64,000 bases of DNA from Tubulanus polymorphus (taxonomy: Eukaryota > Animalia > Nemertea). How positions within the stretch are numbered: the first letter of the stretch is position 1; each line of letters begins with the position of its first letter. Location of the stretch: the NCBI RefSeq assembly GCF_964204645.1, contig NC_134031.1, forward strand, positions 9,672,001 to 9,736,000, in the 5' to 3' direction. Shown one piece after another: positions 41,480 to 52,605 of the stretch. The notes beneath the pieces were generated by a model. The model saw only the letters and a list, made by a program, of their open reading frames with translations. It had not been told where the DNA came from and made no database searches. Both the position numbers and the translations under genes were made by a program.

Positions 41480-41790
41480 GAAAGCTAACATTTTAAATTT
41501 ATAAGTTGGTATTTTATCTTTTGATCTATTTGAATTTAATCTTTCTATTTCATTATTGATTTCTTCTATTCTATGACATAGCTGTTTGATGACCAAATGA
41601 GCATCATACCCTGATAAATTATGAAATATTACTGGAACAAAGTTAATTTTCTTAGCTTGTAAGTTACAATTCTCATGCGCTGCTCCTCTAAACTTTCCAT
41701 TCAAATGATCATGGTCTCTTACTTTTTTATCTTTTAGATTAAATGTCTTTTCACAATAATAAGATTTATCAGCAAACTCAAATTCTTTAT
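41480..41790 (-). pseudogene. polB: pPolB fragment (subtype B)
   Basis: GKFRGAAHENCNLQAKKINFVPVIFHNLSGYDAHL; closest to the 14976-15263 copy. Confidence 0.85.
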
Positions 41791-41890
41791 CACGATTGAT
41801 AGAACACTATATCCGTGTTGACGCGATGTAGAGAGAATCCCACAATTATAACGAAAAAGTCCGAAAATGAAACTTCGAGATTCGAGTAGT

Positions 41891-41940
41891 TTATTTCAAC
41901 GTTTCGACTATATCCTAATAGTCATCTTCAGGAATAATGA
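41891..41940 (-). ncRNA. Minimal type I hammerhead ribozyme in a Penelope-like retroelement fragment
   Basis: Minus strand reads TTATTC-CTGAAGA-T-GACTAT(TAGGAT)ATAGTC-GAAAC-GTT-GAAATAA: both core boxes, a 6-bp stem II and a vestigial palindromic stem III. Confidence 0.6.
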
Positions 41941-44214
41941 GAAACTACAAAAATTATGAGATATATATACAATCCAGAGACAAAGAGACTCATTCAAGTA
42001 ATCAGAGATGATACAAACTAAAGGAAAATTAACCTAGAAACAGTTACACGCTAAAATAGATTAAAGGGAAGCAAACTAAGGGGTAATTATAAAGAGCAAC
42101 AGTGAGTATAAATATAAATAAGAACTTGAAATCAGTAGTAAAAAGACACTTAAATTAAAACAATGGTGAATTCAAGTTGAGAGACTTACATAGATGAGAG
42201 AACAAATAACAAATAATCAAAGGGGAATCAAGTGTTGAGTTTAACCAGTTTACAGAGGAATTTAGATATAAGTTTATTATGGGGTGAAAAACCATTGTTT
42301 AGGTTTACAACGTTGTTAGAATTTTGATTCCCCTTGATTCCCCTTTTATTATTTGTTATTTGTTCTCTGGATTGTATATATATCTCATAATTTTTTATAT
42401 CTCATAAATAACTCCTATATTCTGTACTTGGTGTAGGCCTAGATGGTGCAGCTTGGTTTATCCAGAGATGGGAATTTCCGCGGATTTCGGTATTGAAAAA
42501 TGACATTTTTCCAAATAGTCCAAAAATGATGTAAAAGTATAGGGGGGGGGGGGGTGTTAGTATAGTTATAGGGAATAAGTTGTTTCATACCAAAGGTCGA
42601 AGGGTCGAACTCATAAAAAATAAAAAATAAATTCTCGCAAACTCGAATTTATTTTTTATTTTTTACTCACTCGCCCCTTCAACCTTTGATATGAAACAAC
42701 TAAACCCCTATTACTCTTAAAATATTCATATATATGAATAAAATATAAATGAATTACTTCTAAAATCAATTTTAATAAAAATTTTAGTATTGAAATGGAA
42801 GCAAATAAGTACTACTGTCCAAATGTAATATAAATATAGATAAATCCCAAAAAGCAAGACACAATAAAACTAAAACACATTTAGAGAATAAATTGAAACT
42901 AGAATATTTACAGTTATATTTAGAACAGTTAACAAAGGCAAAGAAATTTATTGAATTATGGAACAATGATCCAAATAATGAACAATATGTTGAGGAATTT
43001 GATATCAAGGATCCGAAATGACTTATCTGGACAGTTATAATTACTGCTCCTAATATATAAACAAAAGTAGTGAGATGGTGCCGTACGGCGCCCACATGGT
43101 GATATCAAATAGAATTCAAATAAAATATATTAAAAAAACAATAACTTCAACTAGCCATTATTTCTATTTTAATTTTTGATATTTTCTTTTACAATTCTTT
43201 TCAAAAGAGAATACTTTATATCACAAATAAAAGATACTAAAAAAACAATAACATTTAAATTGACAGATTATTCAATATAAAAGTATATATTTACAACATT
43301 ATTTCAATATTCATATTTGTGTGAGTTAGATTTTTAAACATTAAAAGTGTTAGTAAAGTGTGATTGAAATAATGCATAGCTGTTTATACTAGAACATGAT
43401 TCTATTTGAACCTATATACATTTCATGTAATGAACGATTGAATAAATCTATAAATTCACAGCTGTTACAGCTGTTACTACGACGCCGAGACATATGAATC
43501 ATTATTGCAAACGTGTAGAGAAAATTCTAGAAAGGTGTGCTGGAACTTTGAATAGAGATGACATGTCATAATCAGAAACGTGTAGAATATTCTAGAAAGG
43601 CGCGCCGGAACCAGATGACGTGTAATAATCAACGGCGTGTTCATTCTAGAAATCGCCCCGGAAATGAACAGACGCTGTAACATTGTGCTCAGGATATTCT
43701 ATCTCTCGAAACGAAATTAGGAGTTTATAGTTTACAATTATAAATCTAAATGTAAGTACTGTTTTTTGTAGTTATTAGGGCTATTAAATATGAAACCTTT
43801 AGATATATTTAAGTGTATTTAGTATATCTTTTAGATGGCTAGAGTTGCCGCTAATATCTTTTAGATTAATAAAACGCAATACGCATCAAGAAGTGATAGA
43901 GAAACTCAAGATACTCTTTCTGACTGAGGAATCAACAGCAATGGATATCGAACCAATAGAAATTAGCACAAGAAACACAAGAATCACCAAAAGATCGAAG
44001 AAGAAACTATATAAGAATTTCAAAAACATTAAGACTCCAATGATTAAGTTTAACATTTGTTGATGTAGTTAAATATTTACCGGCAATTGAAAAATGTTTG
44101 TAATTACAGATTTTATATATAGAAATCAAATGATGTATTGGAAGAAACGGCCGAACAACTTGTATAATGTATTGTGTAAATCTACTTGGTGAATGTTCTA
44201 TGTTCGGTCGTTTC

Positions 44215-44690
44215 TATTTGCATAATTAATATATAATTATGATTAGCGCATGCGCATTAAGCAAAACCGGCCATAAATGGCCGCATGTGACTGACACATG
44301 TAACGCATGTGACGCAGACATGAACGCGTTTGAATTTTCTATGTTCAGTTGTTTCTATTTTACAGAATTTATAGAATGAATATATAATTATGATTAGCGC
44401 ATGCGTATTAAGCAAAAGCGGACATCAATGGCCGCATGTGACGCATGTAACGCATGTGACGAGAACATGAATGCGTTTGAATTTTCTATGTTCAGTTGTT
44501 TCTATTTGCATATATTTGAATATATAATTATGATTAACACATGTGCATTGATCCAAACCGGTCATAAATGGCCGCATGTAACGCATGTAACGCATGTGTT
44601 GTTTCTATTTTACAGAATTTATAGAATGAATATATAATTATGATTAACGCATGCGCATTAAGCAAAAGCGCGCATGAATGCGCGCTTTTG
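44215..44690. repeat. Irregular tandem repeats containing GCGCATGCG and ATTTGCAT motifs
   Basis: TATAATTATGATTA...CATGCGCATT-like units at about 44232, 44383, 44523 and 44633. Confidence 0.75.
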
Positions 44691-44829
44691 CCCAGTGGTA
44701 TTATTTAGATATCAAGGAATCGAAACAACTTATCAAAAGCAGCGAGGAATGAAAAAGGATGACGTTGGTCGAAGAAATGGAAGAGGATTCTAAAATATTA
44801 ACCAATTTAGTAAAAAATACATATAATAA

Positions 44830-45498
44830 ATGGAACCAGAACAACCACAAATTATCAATATTACAAATAACACTGGTGTTATAAATTTATATTACAAGAA
44901 GTGTTCTAAATGTGAATTAGATACATTAGCTTTAACAGAATTTAGTAAGCGTAAAATTAGCAAAGATGGTTTTCAATATTGCTGTAAAACTTGTTTTAAA
45001 CTATATACCAAACAATATCGAGAAGATAATAGAGAAGCTTATAATGATTATATGACAGAATATATGAGAGAAAGATATCAAACAGATCTTAATTTTAGAT
45101 TGAAACAATGCTTAAGATCTAGATTAACACAACTATTCAACAAAGAAACACATTCAGAAACACTATCTAATTTATTGAGTTGTTCAGATGAATTCTTAAA
45201 ATCATGGATAATATATCAATTCGATGATAAAATGAATATAGATAATTATGGTGAATACTTTCATATTGATCACGTGTTGCCGATTTCTAAATTTGACATG
45301 AATGATGAATACAATAAAAAACTTATTTGGAATTGGAAGAATTTAAGACCTTTAGAAAAGAAGGAAAACATAACCAAATCTAATAAACTAGATTTACAGT
45401 TATATTTAGAACAGTTAACAAAGGCAAAGAAATTTATTGATCAATGGAATAATGATCCAAATAATGAACAATACGTTGAGTCTTTAATGAGTGGTTAA
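44830..45498 (+). CDS. HNH endonuclease with N-terminal Cys4 zinc finger (large-DNA-virus type)
   Basis: KKCSKC...DGFQYCCKTC; FHIDHVLPI...NWKNLRPL...ENITKSNK. Confidence 0.8.
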   Translation: MEPEQPQIINITNNTGVINLYYKKCSKCELDTLALTEFSKRKISKDGFQYCCKTCFKLYTKQYREDNREAYNDYMTEYMRERYQTDLNFRLKQCLRSRLTQLFNKETHSETLSNLLSCSDEFLKSWIIYQFDDKMNIDNYGEYFHIDHVLPISKFDMNDEYNKKLIWNWKNLRPLEKKENITKSNKLDLQLYLEQLTKAKKFIDQWNNDPNNEQYVESLMSG

Positions 45499-45861
45499 AG
45501 AATAATAGATTTTAAATAAAAAGTATTAAAAATTACATATCTTCAACTAGCTAGTGAATTCTATTATATTTTTAATATTTTCTTTTCAAAAAAGAATACT
45601 TTATATCACAAATAAAAAATACTAAAAAAACAATAACTAATACTAAAATTCTTTACCTTTAACTAACTAGTGTTAACCCAAAGAGATACTAGTATCATTT
45701 TATAATACTAATAGGATCGGTTATGACATTAATTTCTACTGGCGTCATAACATTTTCGAACATCAAGCCTATGGAATATAAATCAGGTAAGAACGAAACA
45801 GATGTACTACAACCAAACGCCGAAACAGAAAATGAATCAGAACATAAATTAACTAAAATAA

Positions 45862-46266
45862 ATGAGTGATGGAGTTAAGAAAAAGGCTAGATCTGAAAAA
45901 CAAATTAAATGGGCAAGAGAATTAGGTAAAAGATCTTCAGAATTAAAAAAGCTAAGAAAAAGAAATTAACTGATATAAATGAATCACAGACTTTATCTGA
46001 TATTAATTCAAATAATAATCCATCTGATTCTTCTAATGCTGGAAGTAATAATTACTTATATATTACAATACATATATTGGATTAGTAACAGTTATTATAT
46101 TATCTGTTGTAATATATAAATCAAAATTCAAATCTGATGATAAAGATGATTCCAATGATAATCGGAAACTTAGTTATCCGTGTACAGACAATAAACCTAT
46201 CATACCAGAAAATAAATCAAATCATAAAGCCATTGAAACTAAATCTAAATTATTATTAATGGATTA
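45862..46266 (+). pseudogene. Small basic plus transmembrane protein, frameshifted
   Basis: TAAATG start MSDGVKKKARSEKQIKWARELGK, a later hydrophobic stretch (IGLVTVIILSVVIY), and a stop just before the integrase. Confidence 0.45.
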
Positions 46267-46270
46267 AAAA

Positions 46271-47358
46271 ATGATGAAAAAAGAACAATATTTAAGAGAT
46301 TTATATTACAACCCAGAAAGTGAAGTATCATATTCTAGCGTTTCAGAATTATGGAATAAAATTAAATCTGATAATGGTGGTACAAAATATAGTGAATTAA
46401 AATCATGGTTACAAAATCAACCAACATATCAAATCCACAAGAAAATGGATAAAACTTATTTAACAAGAAAAGTTATGGTTTCATATATCGATCAACAATG
46501 GCAAGCAGATTTAATTGACATGAAGAACTTAGAAGAATACAACAAAGGATATTTCTGGATATTTAATGTTATAGACATATTCAGTCGATACGCATGGTCA
46601 ATTCCAATCAAAAATAAAACTGGTATCGAAGTAACAAATGCTTTTAAATCATTATTTAAAGAAGCTATTCCAGATAAGATACAATTTGATGAAGGTAAGG
46701 AATTTTATAACAAACATTTTAAAAAACTATTATCTGATAACGATGTAGATTATTTTTCAACACACTCAGATAAAAAAGCATCTATTATAGAAAGGTTTAA
46801 TAAAACATTGAAATCTAGAATGTGGAAATATTTTACTGCTAATGAAACATATAAATATATCGATGTGTTAGATGATTTAGTGAAAGTTATAATAATTCTA
46901 AACATAGTTCTATAAATATGAAACCTATACAAGCTAGAAAAGAAGATAATTCAGAAATAGTTTGGAATAATTTATATGGAGCATTTGTTACACATGATTT
47001 TGGTGAACCTAGATTTAAAATAGGACAACACGTAAGAATATCTAAATATAGAAAAACCTTTTATAAAGGTTATACACCAGATTTTACAGAAGAAATATTT
47101 AAGATTAAAAAGATAATATTAACTAAACCATTTGTTTATAAATTAGAAGATCTAAAAGATGAAGAAATATTAGGTTATTTCTATGAACAAGAATTATCAC
47201 TTGTACCAAACCCAGATGAAATAGAATACAAAATAGAAAAAGTATTGAAAACAAAAACTCTTAAAGGAAAAAAGTATTCTTTGGTGAAATATAAAGGATA
47301 TGATGATAAATTTAATGAATGGATTTTATCTAGTAAAATTAAAAGAATAAATGAATAA
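46271..47358 (+). CDS. Retroviral-type DDE integrase with C-terminal chromodomain (one frameshift near 46885)
   Basis: QWQADLIDM, VIDIFSRYAW, FDEGKEF, IERFNKTLK; after the shift YNNSKHSSINMKP and YKIEKVL...LVKYKGYDDKFNEWI. Confidence 0.92.
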
Positions 47359-47832
47359 AGATTTATTCATATTCGAACCGCATAATATGTTAATAACTGG
47401 AGTAAACAATTGTGGTAAAACACATTTCATATTAGATTTGTTAGAAACTATTTATAAGAATCATTTTGATAACATAATATTATTTTGTCCTACTTATGAA
47501 ATGAATAAAACATATAATAGAGATATAGTTAAGATGAAAAAGTTTATTATATTAGATCCTAAAACAGTAAAAGAAAATTTAGATAATTGTATTAAAATAG
47601 CAATTGATATTTATAAAGGATCAAATACATTATTCATTGTAGATGATTGCGCAAATTTACATGATTCAAAAGTGAGAGAAAGTGAGTTAAATCTATGCAA
47701 CAATCATTGGAAGAAAATCAAATTATACCTACTGAGTTACATGATGAATATATGAATAAATTAAAGAATAATAAAGGTTCAAAATTATTACTGAGATTAC
47801 AATTTCCATATGAATATAAATTTATGAAATAA
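47351..47832 (+). pseudogene. A32/FtsK-HerA-type packaging ATPase with internal deletion
   Basis: Walker A GVNNCGKT and Walker B FIVDD. The GRH arginine-finger region is missing at about 47690, and the C-terminus continues in another frame to TAA at 47830-47832. Confidence 0.85.
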
Positions 47833-47849
47833 CTATTTGTATATCTACG

Positions 47850-48235
47850 TATTAGATACCCTATTAGATACCCTAATACCTGATACCCCATTAGATACCC
47901 TAATACCTGATACCCTAATACCTGATACCCTATTAGATACCTTAAATACTTAAAACCCCCTTTTTTAAAATAAATATTATTTATACAATTTTCAACCAAT
48001 TTATTTTTATTTTTTCAACAAATATATGAATAAGTTTGAAAATAATAAAGGTTATTTATAATTACTGAGGTTTCAATATAAATTTAAAAAAGAAATATAA
48101 TTTAAGGTATTTTCAAATAATGTGTATTAGATACGTATTAGATACGTATTAGGTACGTATTAGATATGTATTAAATACCTTAATACTTAAAACCACCTTT
48201 TTTATTTACTATTATTTTATACAATTTTCAACCTT
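47850..48235. repeat. Short direct repeats between convergent genes
   Basis: TTAGATACCCTA/TACCTGATACCC units at 47852-47942 and TTAGATACGTA units at 48127-48175, each followed by a similar ~60-bp block. Confidence 0.7.
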
Positions 48236-48237
48236 TA

Positions 48238-49221
48238 TTACTTTTTGATTGTTAGATAATTACTTTCTGAATCACTTTCACTATCAGACCCTAACAAGCT
48301 ATTCAATTTCTCTACCGAATCTTCTTCTAATTCTTCATTATTTTTATACTTATTCTTCACCCTTTTTACCGCATCATCAATAGTTGTTTCATTGTTATGC
48401 TTATTCATCCTTTCTATCACATCATCAATAGTTACTACTTTATGTTTCATACAATCTTTATTATCAATATGCTTATCTGTAACTATATCACCATGTGGGT
48501 GCCGTATGGCACCATTTTCATTATTATCTTTATTAGTGTTTGCTCCTAATATTTCATTTACAGTGTTTGATCCTAATATTTCATTAGCATCAGTTAAATC
48601 TAATTCATCTTTATTAGGTGTTGCTAATAAAAAATCTTCATATAATTCTTTACCATTTACTTTTTTATTTGAAACAAATTTTGTAACATATCTAAATGGG
48701 TGTTCTATAAATTCTTTTAAACCAACACGATCTATTAAATTATTTATATGTACCCTTGTATTCATATGTTTATTCCAATTTGATGGAGCGTTTGAAAATT
48801 CACCTTTACAATAATCACAATAATTTCTATTTTCACTAACATTTAATATTATTGCATTATTAGATGTAGTAGGTATTACATTATTTGATGTAGAAGGTAT
48901 TACATTATTAGATGTAGAAGGTATTACATTATTAGATGTAGTAGGTATTACATTATTAGATGTAGAAGGTATTACATTATTAGATGTAGAAGGTATTACA
49001 TTATTAGATGTAGAAGGTATTACATTATTATCAATTACATTACTTAAATTATCAACAACTTCACTTTTATTATTATCGATTTCTATTAGTTTAGTTTTAT
49101 AAATTTTGAAAATAGGATCAAATATCAAAGCTATATTACAAGGTATTACATAATATAAACCATCATTATTTTCATGTGTATCGATGTATGGAATATGTTT
49201 ATATACTTTACCTCCTTCCAT
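48238..49221 (-). CDS. 327-aa protein with 7 x NNVIP(S/T)TS repeats, a U1-like zinc finger and an acidic tail
   Basis: Intact ORF with TAAATG start; YCDYCK...KHMNTRVH. Confidence 0.7.
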   Translation of the reverse strand: MEGGKVYKHIPYIDTHENNDGLYYVIPCNIALIFDPIFKIYKTKLIEIDNNKSEVVDNLSNVIDNNVIPSTSNNVIPSTSNNVIPSTSNNVIPTTSNNVIPSTSNNVIPSTSNNVIPTTSNNAIILNVSENRNYCDYCKGEFSNAPSNWNKHMNTRVHINNLIDRVGLKEFIEHPFRYVTKFVSNKKVNGKELYEDFLLATPNKDELDLTDANEILGSNTVNEILGANTNKDNNENGAIRHPHGDIVTDKHIDNKDCMKHKVVTIDDVIERMNKHNNETTIDDAVKRVKNKYKNNEELEEDSVEKLNSLLGSDSESDSESNYLTIKK

Positions 49222-50400
49222 TTATATAATAAATTTTTATTAAAGTTAAAATTTTAATACATAACACTATCTAATGGTGAATTTACAAAATTTAATTGCG
49301 CGTCAGATATAATATGAATGTACATTTTGAAATTTAGGCTTCCTTTTTTCTTTTTCATGAATAATTGTATTCCATCTTTTGTATTTTGTAATTTTTTTCC
49401 AGAACCATGTAATGAATTATCCTCTGTTGTTCTAAAATCAAACCATAATGCATATTTATTACCGGTATAATAATCAATTTGATTAATCTTACAATTTTCA
49501 GATGATTTTACTTTTTCATTCATAAAATGTTTTCTAATTTCTGGCCATTGATCAATCATTCTCATTCCTTGACAAAATATTTTATTTGCTATTCCTTCGA
49601 TAGTTATTTCTACTTTTGTTATTTCAGGATTATAATAATTATCTACCTTTATTGCGCCATTAGTATATGTTGCAATGGTAAAAAATATTAATATACCTTT
49701 AATAGATCTTCTTGGGAACTTAATATTCTCATTAATTATTTCATCATTTGCATTAATAGTTACAGTTTTAAATTTATCAACCATCATTATTTTCATGTGT
49801 ATCGATGTATGGAATATGTTTATATACTTTACCTCCTTCCATTTATATAATAAATTTTTATTAAAGTTAAAATTTTAATACATAACACTATCTAATTGTG
49901 AATTTACAATATTTAATTGCGCGTCAGATATAATATAAATGTGCATTTTAAAATTTTTGATTCCTTTATTCTTTCTCATGAATAATTGTATTCCATCTTT
50001 TGTATTTTGTAATTTTTTTCCAGAACCATGTAATGAATTATCCTCTGTTGTTCTAAAATCTAACCATAATGCATATTTATTACCGGAATAATAATCAATT
50101 TGATTAATATTACAATTTTCAGATGATTTTACTTTTTCATTCATAAAATGTTTTCTAATTTCTGGCCATTGATCAATCATTCTCATTCCTTGACAAAATA
50201 TTTTATTTGCTATTCCTTCGATAGTTATTTCTACTTTTGTTATTTCAGGATTATAATAATTATCAACATTTATTGCACCATTAGTATATGTTGCAATGGT
50301 AAAAAATATTAATATACCTTTAATAGATCTTCTTGGGAAGTTAATATTCTCATTAATTATTTCATCATTTGCATTAATAGTTACAGTTTTAAATTTATCA
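49159..50400. repeat. 621-bp tandem duplication covering the capsid 3' part and the start of the next gene
   Basis: 49161 and 49782 begin the same sequence. This creates ORF 49254-49796, a copy of the capsid C-terminal part. Confidence 0.9.
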
Positions 50401-51122
50401 ATATAATCATATAATAATGAAAATCCTTGATTGTATTGAGTTTGAATTATGCTTGAAATATTTTCATCAGTTACTGTATCATATTCTAAACATATATTCG
50501 ATAATTTATAACTCATATCTTTATTAACGCTAGATAATACAATTTCATTTACAGGAGCAAATGTAATTTCGAATATAACGTCTTCTTGAATTGCGTATTT
50601 ATATAAAGGTGCATTGTTACTTATCAATTCAAAGTCTAATGGAATTTTATATTTGCTTCCATATATACTTTTTATCAATTTATCTACAGCATTAGTTAAT
50701 ATTGCGCTATTGGCTTCAGATCTTAATTTATTTTGGTTTTCTGATTGGATGCCTTGAAATATCATATTATTTCTATTTTCTTTAGTTAACCATAAATCTT
50801 TGTAACGCATAAATAAATTATAATCATCTAATGAGAAAACTGTTTCTGGGCCAATCTTCATAGTTAATTTTTTAATCAAATATCTTCCAACATTATCAAC
50901 AACATTATTATTATTATTACCGATTACTTTTATATCAGCTGATAAATAAATACTATTTGAAACATAAAAAGTATTTTGTGTTAACCGAGGAATTCTAACA
51001 TATAAAGTTTCATCGGGATTAATATTAGAAGGGTTATGAGTAATTATATGATGTGATCTTTCTGCTTTAATAGCATTAGATATTCTAGAAATCTTAGAAG
51101 GACTTATATAACTCCCACTCAT
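49875..51122 (-). CDS. Putative double jelly-roll major capsid protein
   Basis: Intact 415-aa beta-rich ORF (THNPSNI...LYVRIP, YKLSNICLEYD, YALWLDFRT, HGSG). Size and context fit a Polinton-type MCP; fold not verified. Confidence 0.72.
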   Translation of the reverse strand: MSGSYISPSKISRISNAIKAERSHHIITHNPSNINPDETLYVRIPRLTQNTFYVSNSIYLSADIKVIGNNNNNVVDNVGRYLIKKLTMKIGPETVFSLDDYNLFMRYKDLWLTKENRNNMIFQGIQSENQNKLRSEANSAILTNAVDKLIKSIYGSKYKIPLDFELISNNAPLYKYAIQEDVIFEITFAPVNEIVLSSVNKDMSYKLSNICLEYDTVTDENISSIIQTQYNQGFSLLYDYIDKFKTVTINANDEIINENINFPRRSIKGILIFFTIATYTNGAINVDNYYNPEITKVEITIEGIANKIFCQGMRMIDQWPEIRKHFMNEKVKSSENCNINQIDYYSGNKYALWLDFRTTEDNSLHGSGKKLQNTKDGIQLFMRKNKGIKNFKMHIYIISDAQLNIVNSQLDSVMY

Positions 51123-51159
51123 TTATTTAACAAAAGAATTAATTATTTATTTTTTATCA

Positions 51160-52590
51160 TGTTTATTTTTTATTATTTTTTCTTGATATTTTTGATATCA
51201 TATTCACTAACCCAAAAATAATAGCACTTACAACTGTAATTAAAAATAAAATAATATGTTCAGCAGCAAAGTTAATAATGTTTCCTGCAGATTTCAATAT
51301 AAAACCAACAATTGATGCAATAACTCCGGGTAAAGCTGCAGCAGATTTCTTTGATAGTTCCCATAAATATTTTGCTAATTTCTTTAAACCATCCTTAACT
51401 TTATCTTGTATAGAATTATTGCATTTGATATAGCTAAACCTATTGTTGTAAATAACATAGTTACAGCTGTTAGAATTGAAAGAATTGTTATTCCTTCAAA
51501 CTTAAATAATAATTTTATTCTATCTTTCAATGATATTTTAGAATTTGGTTTCATTAGATATCTTTTAAAAACATCTTTTAATCTATCAATATTATAATCA
51601 TATGATTTTAATAATAATTTAATTTCTTCTTTTTGTAATTCTATGTTATATTCTAAATCATCTTTTTCTTTTTCTAAATATGCATTTCTTTTTCTAAATT
51701 CATTTTCTTCAATAACTTTATTATCTCTATCTAATTTTATTTTTTCTATTTCTTTATTTTTATCAGTTAATTCTTTTTCTAAAGTTCTAATTTTAAAATC
51801 TCTTATACTTTTATCATGCACAATTTTATCAGATGCAAGTCTTATACTAATAATTTCTCTAATTGCTTTATCAGAAAATATATCTAAATCTTCTAATTCT
51901 TGATCTGTTGCGTCAAGTAATCCATTCGGTAAAAGTTTTTCAATTGGAACTTTATTTGATTTAAGTTTACTAGTTTTGGAAGTTATATTCTGTTCAGAAG
52001 TTGTTTCTGTTTCTAAATTATTATCGATTGTTTCAAATAATTTATTGATTCTTTGTTTAAATACTCTTTCATTTTTAATAATTTCTTTTTGTGTTACATC
52101 TTCTATTTCATTACTATTACTTATTCTCTTAATTCTATCTGGTTTTAAATTAAGCAAAGTTGATTCTGCTAATATTTTGTTTTGTTTTTTTATAAGAGAT
52201 ATCAATATAATAATCATCTTTCAAACGATAATAATATTCACCATCTAAAAACTTTAAGTCTTGTACTAAAAGTCTAGCGCCTCTATCATTTATATTATAT
52301 CCAGATTTTTCAAATATAGGTTTGAAATTATAAATATATTCATTATATTCTAAATTTTTCTTTAATAATTCTGGATCTTCATTTTCAATATCTATTCTCG
52401 ATTTAGCTCCTCTAATATATTCATCTGTTGATTGGCCTTTAGAACCACTATCTGCTAAATTAGAATTATATGCTGATTCATTACCATCGTCAATATTAGT
52501 TTCAGCATCATTATAATCATCATCAATATATCCTTCATTATTATTTCCCATTTCTCCCATTTCATAATCTTCTCCACCGTCTACATCCAT
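51160..52590 (-). pseudogene. Acidic/coiled-coil protein with C-terminal transmembrane helices
   Basis: ORFs 52150-52590 and 51384-52217 are joined by a +1 in an A-run (A7 here, A6 in copy A). A small deletion near 51420 shifts the C-terminus that is seen in 2417-2821. Confidence 0.75.
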
Positions 52591-52605
52591 TTACATAATA
52601 AAAAA

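Noticed and set aside
43440-44200. Possible LTR plus gag start
   Set aside because: No second LTR, primer-binding site or diagnostic protein motif found.
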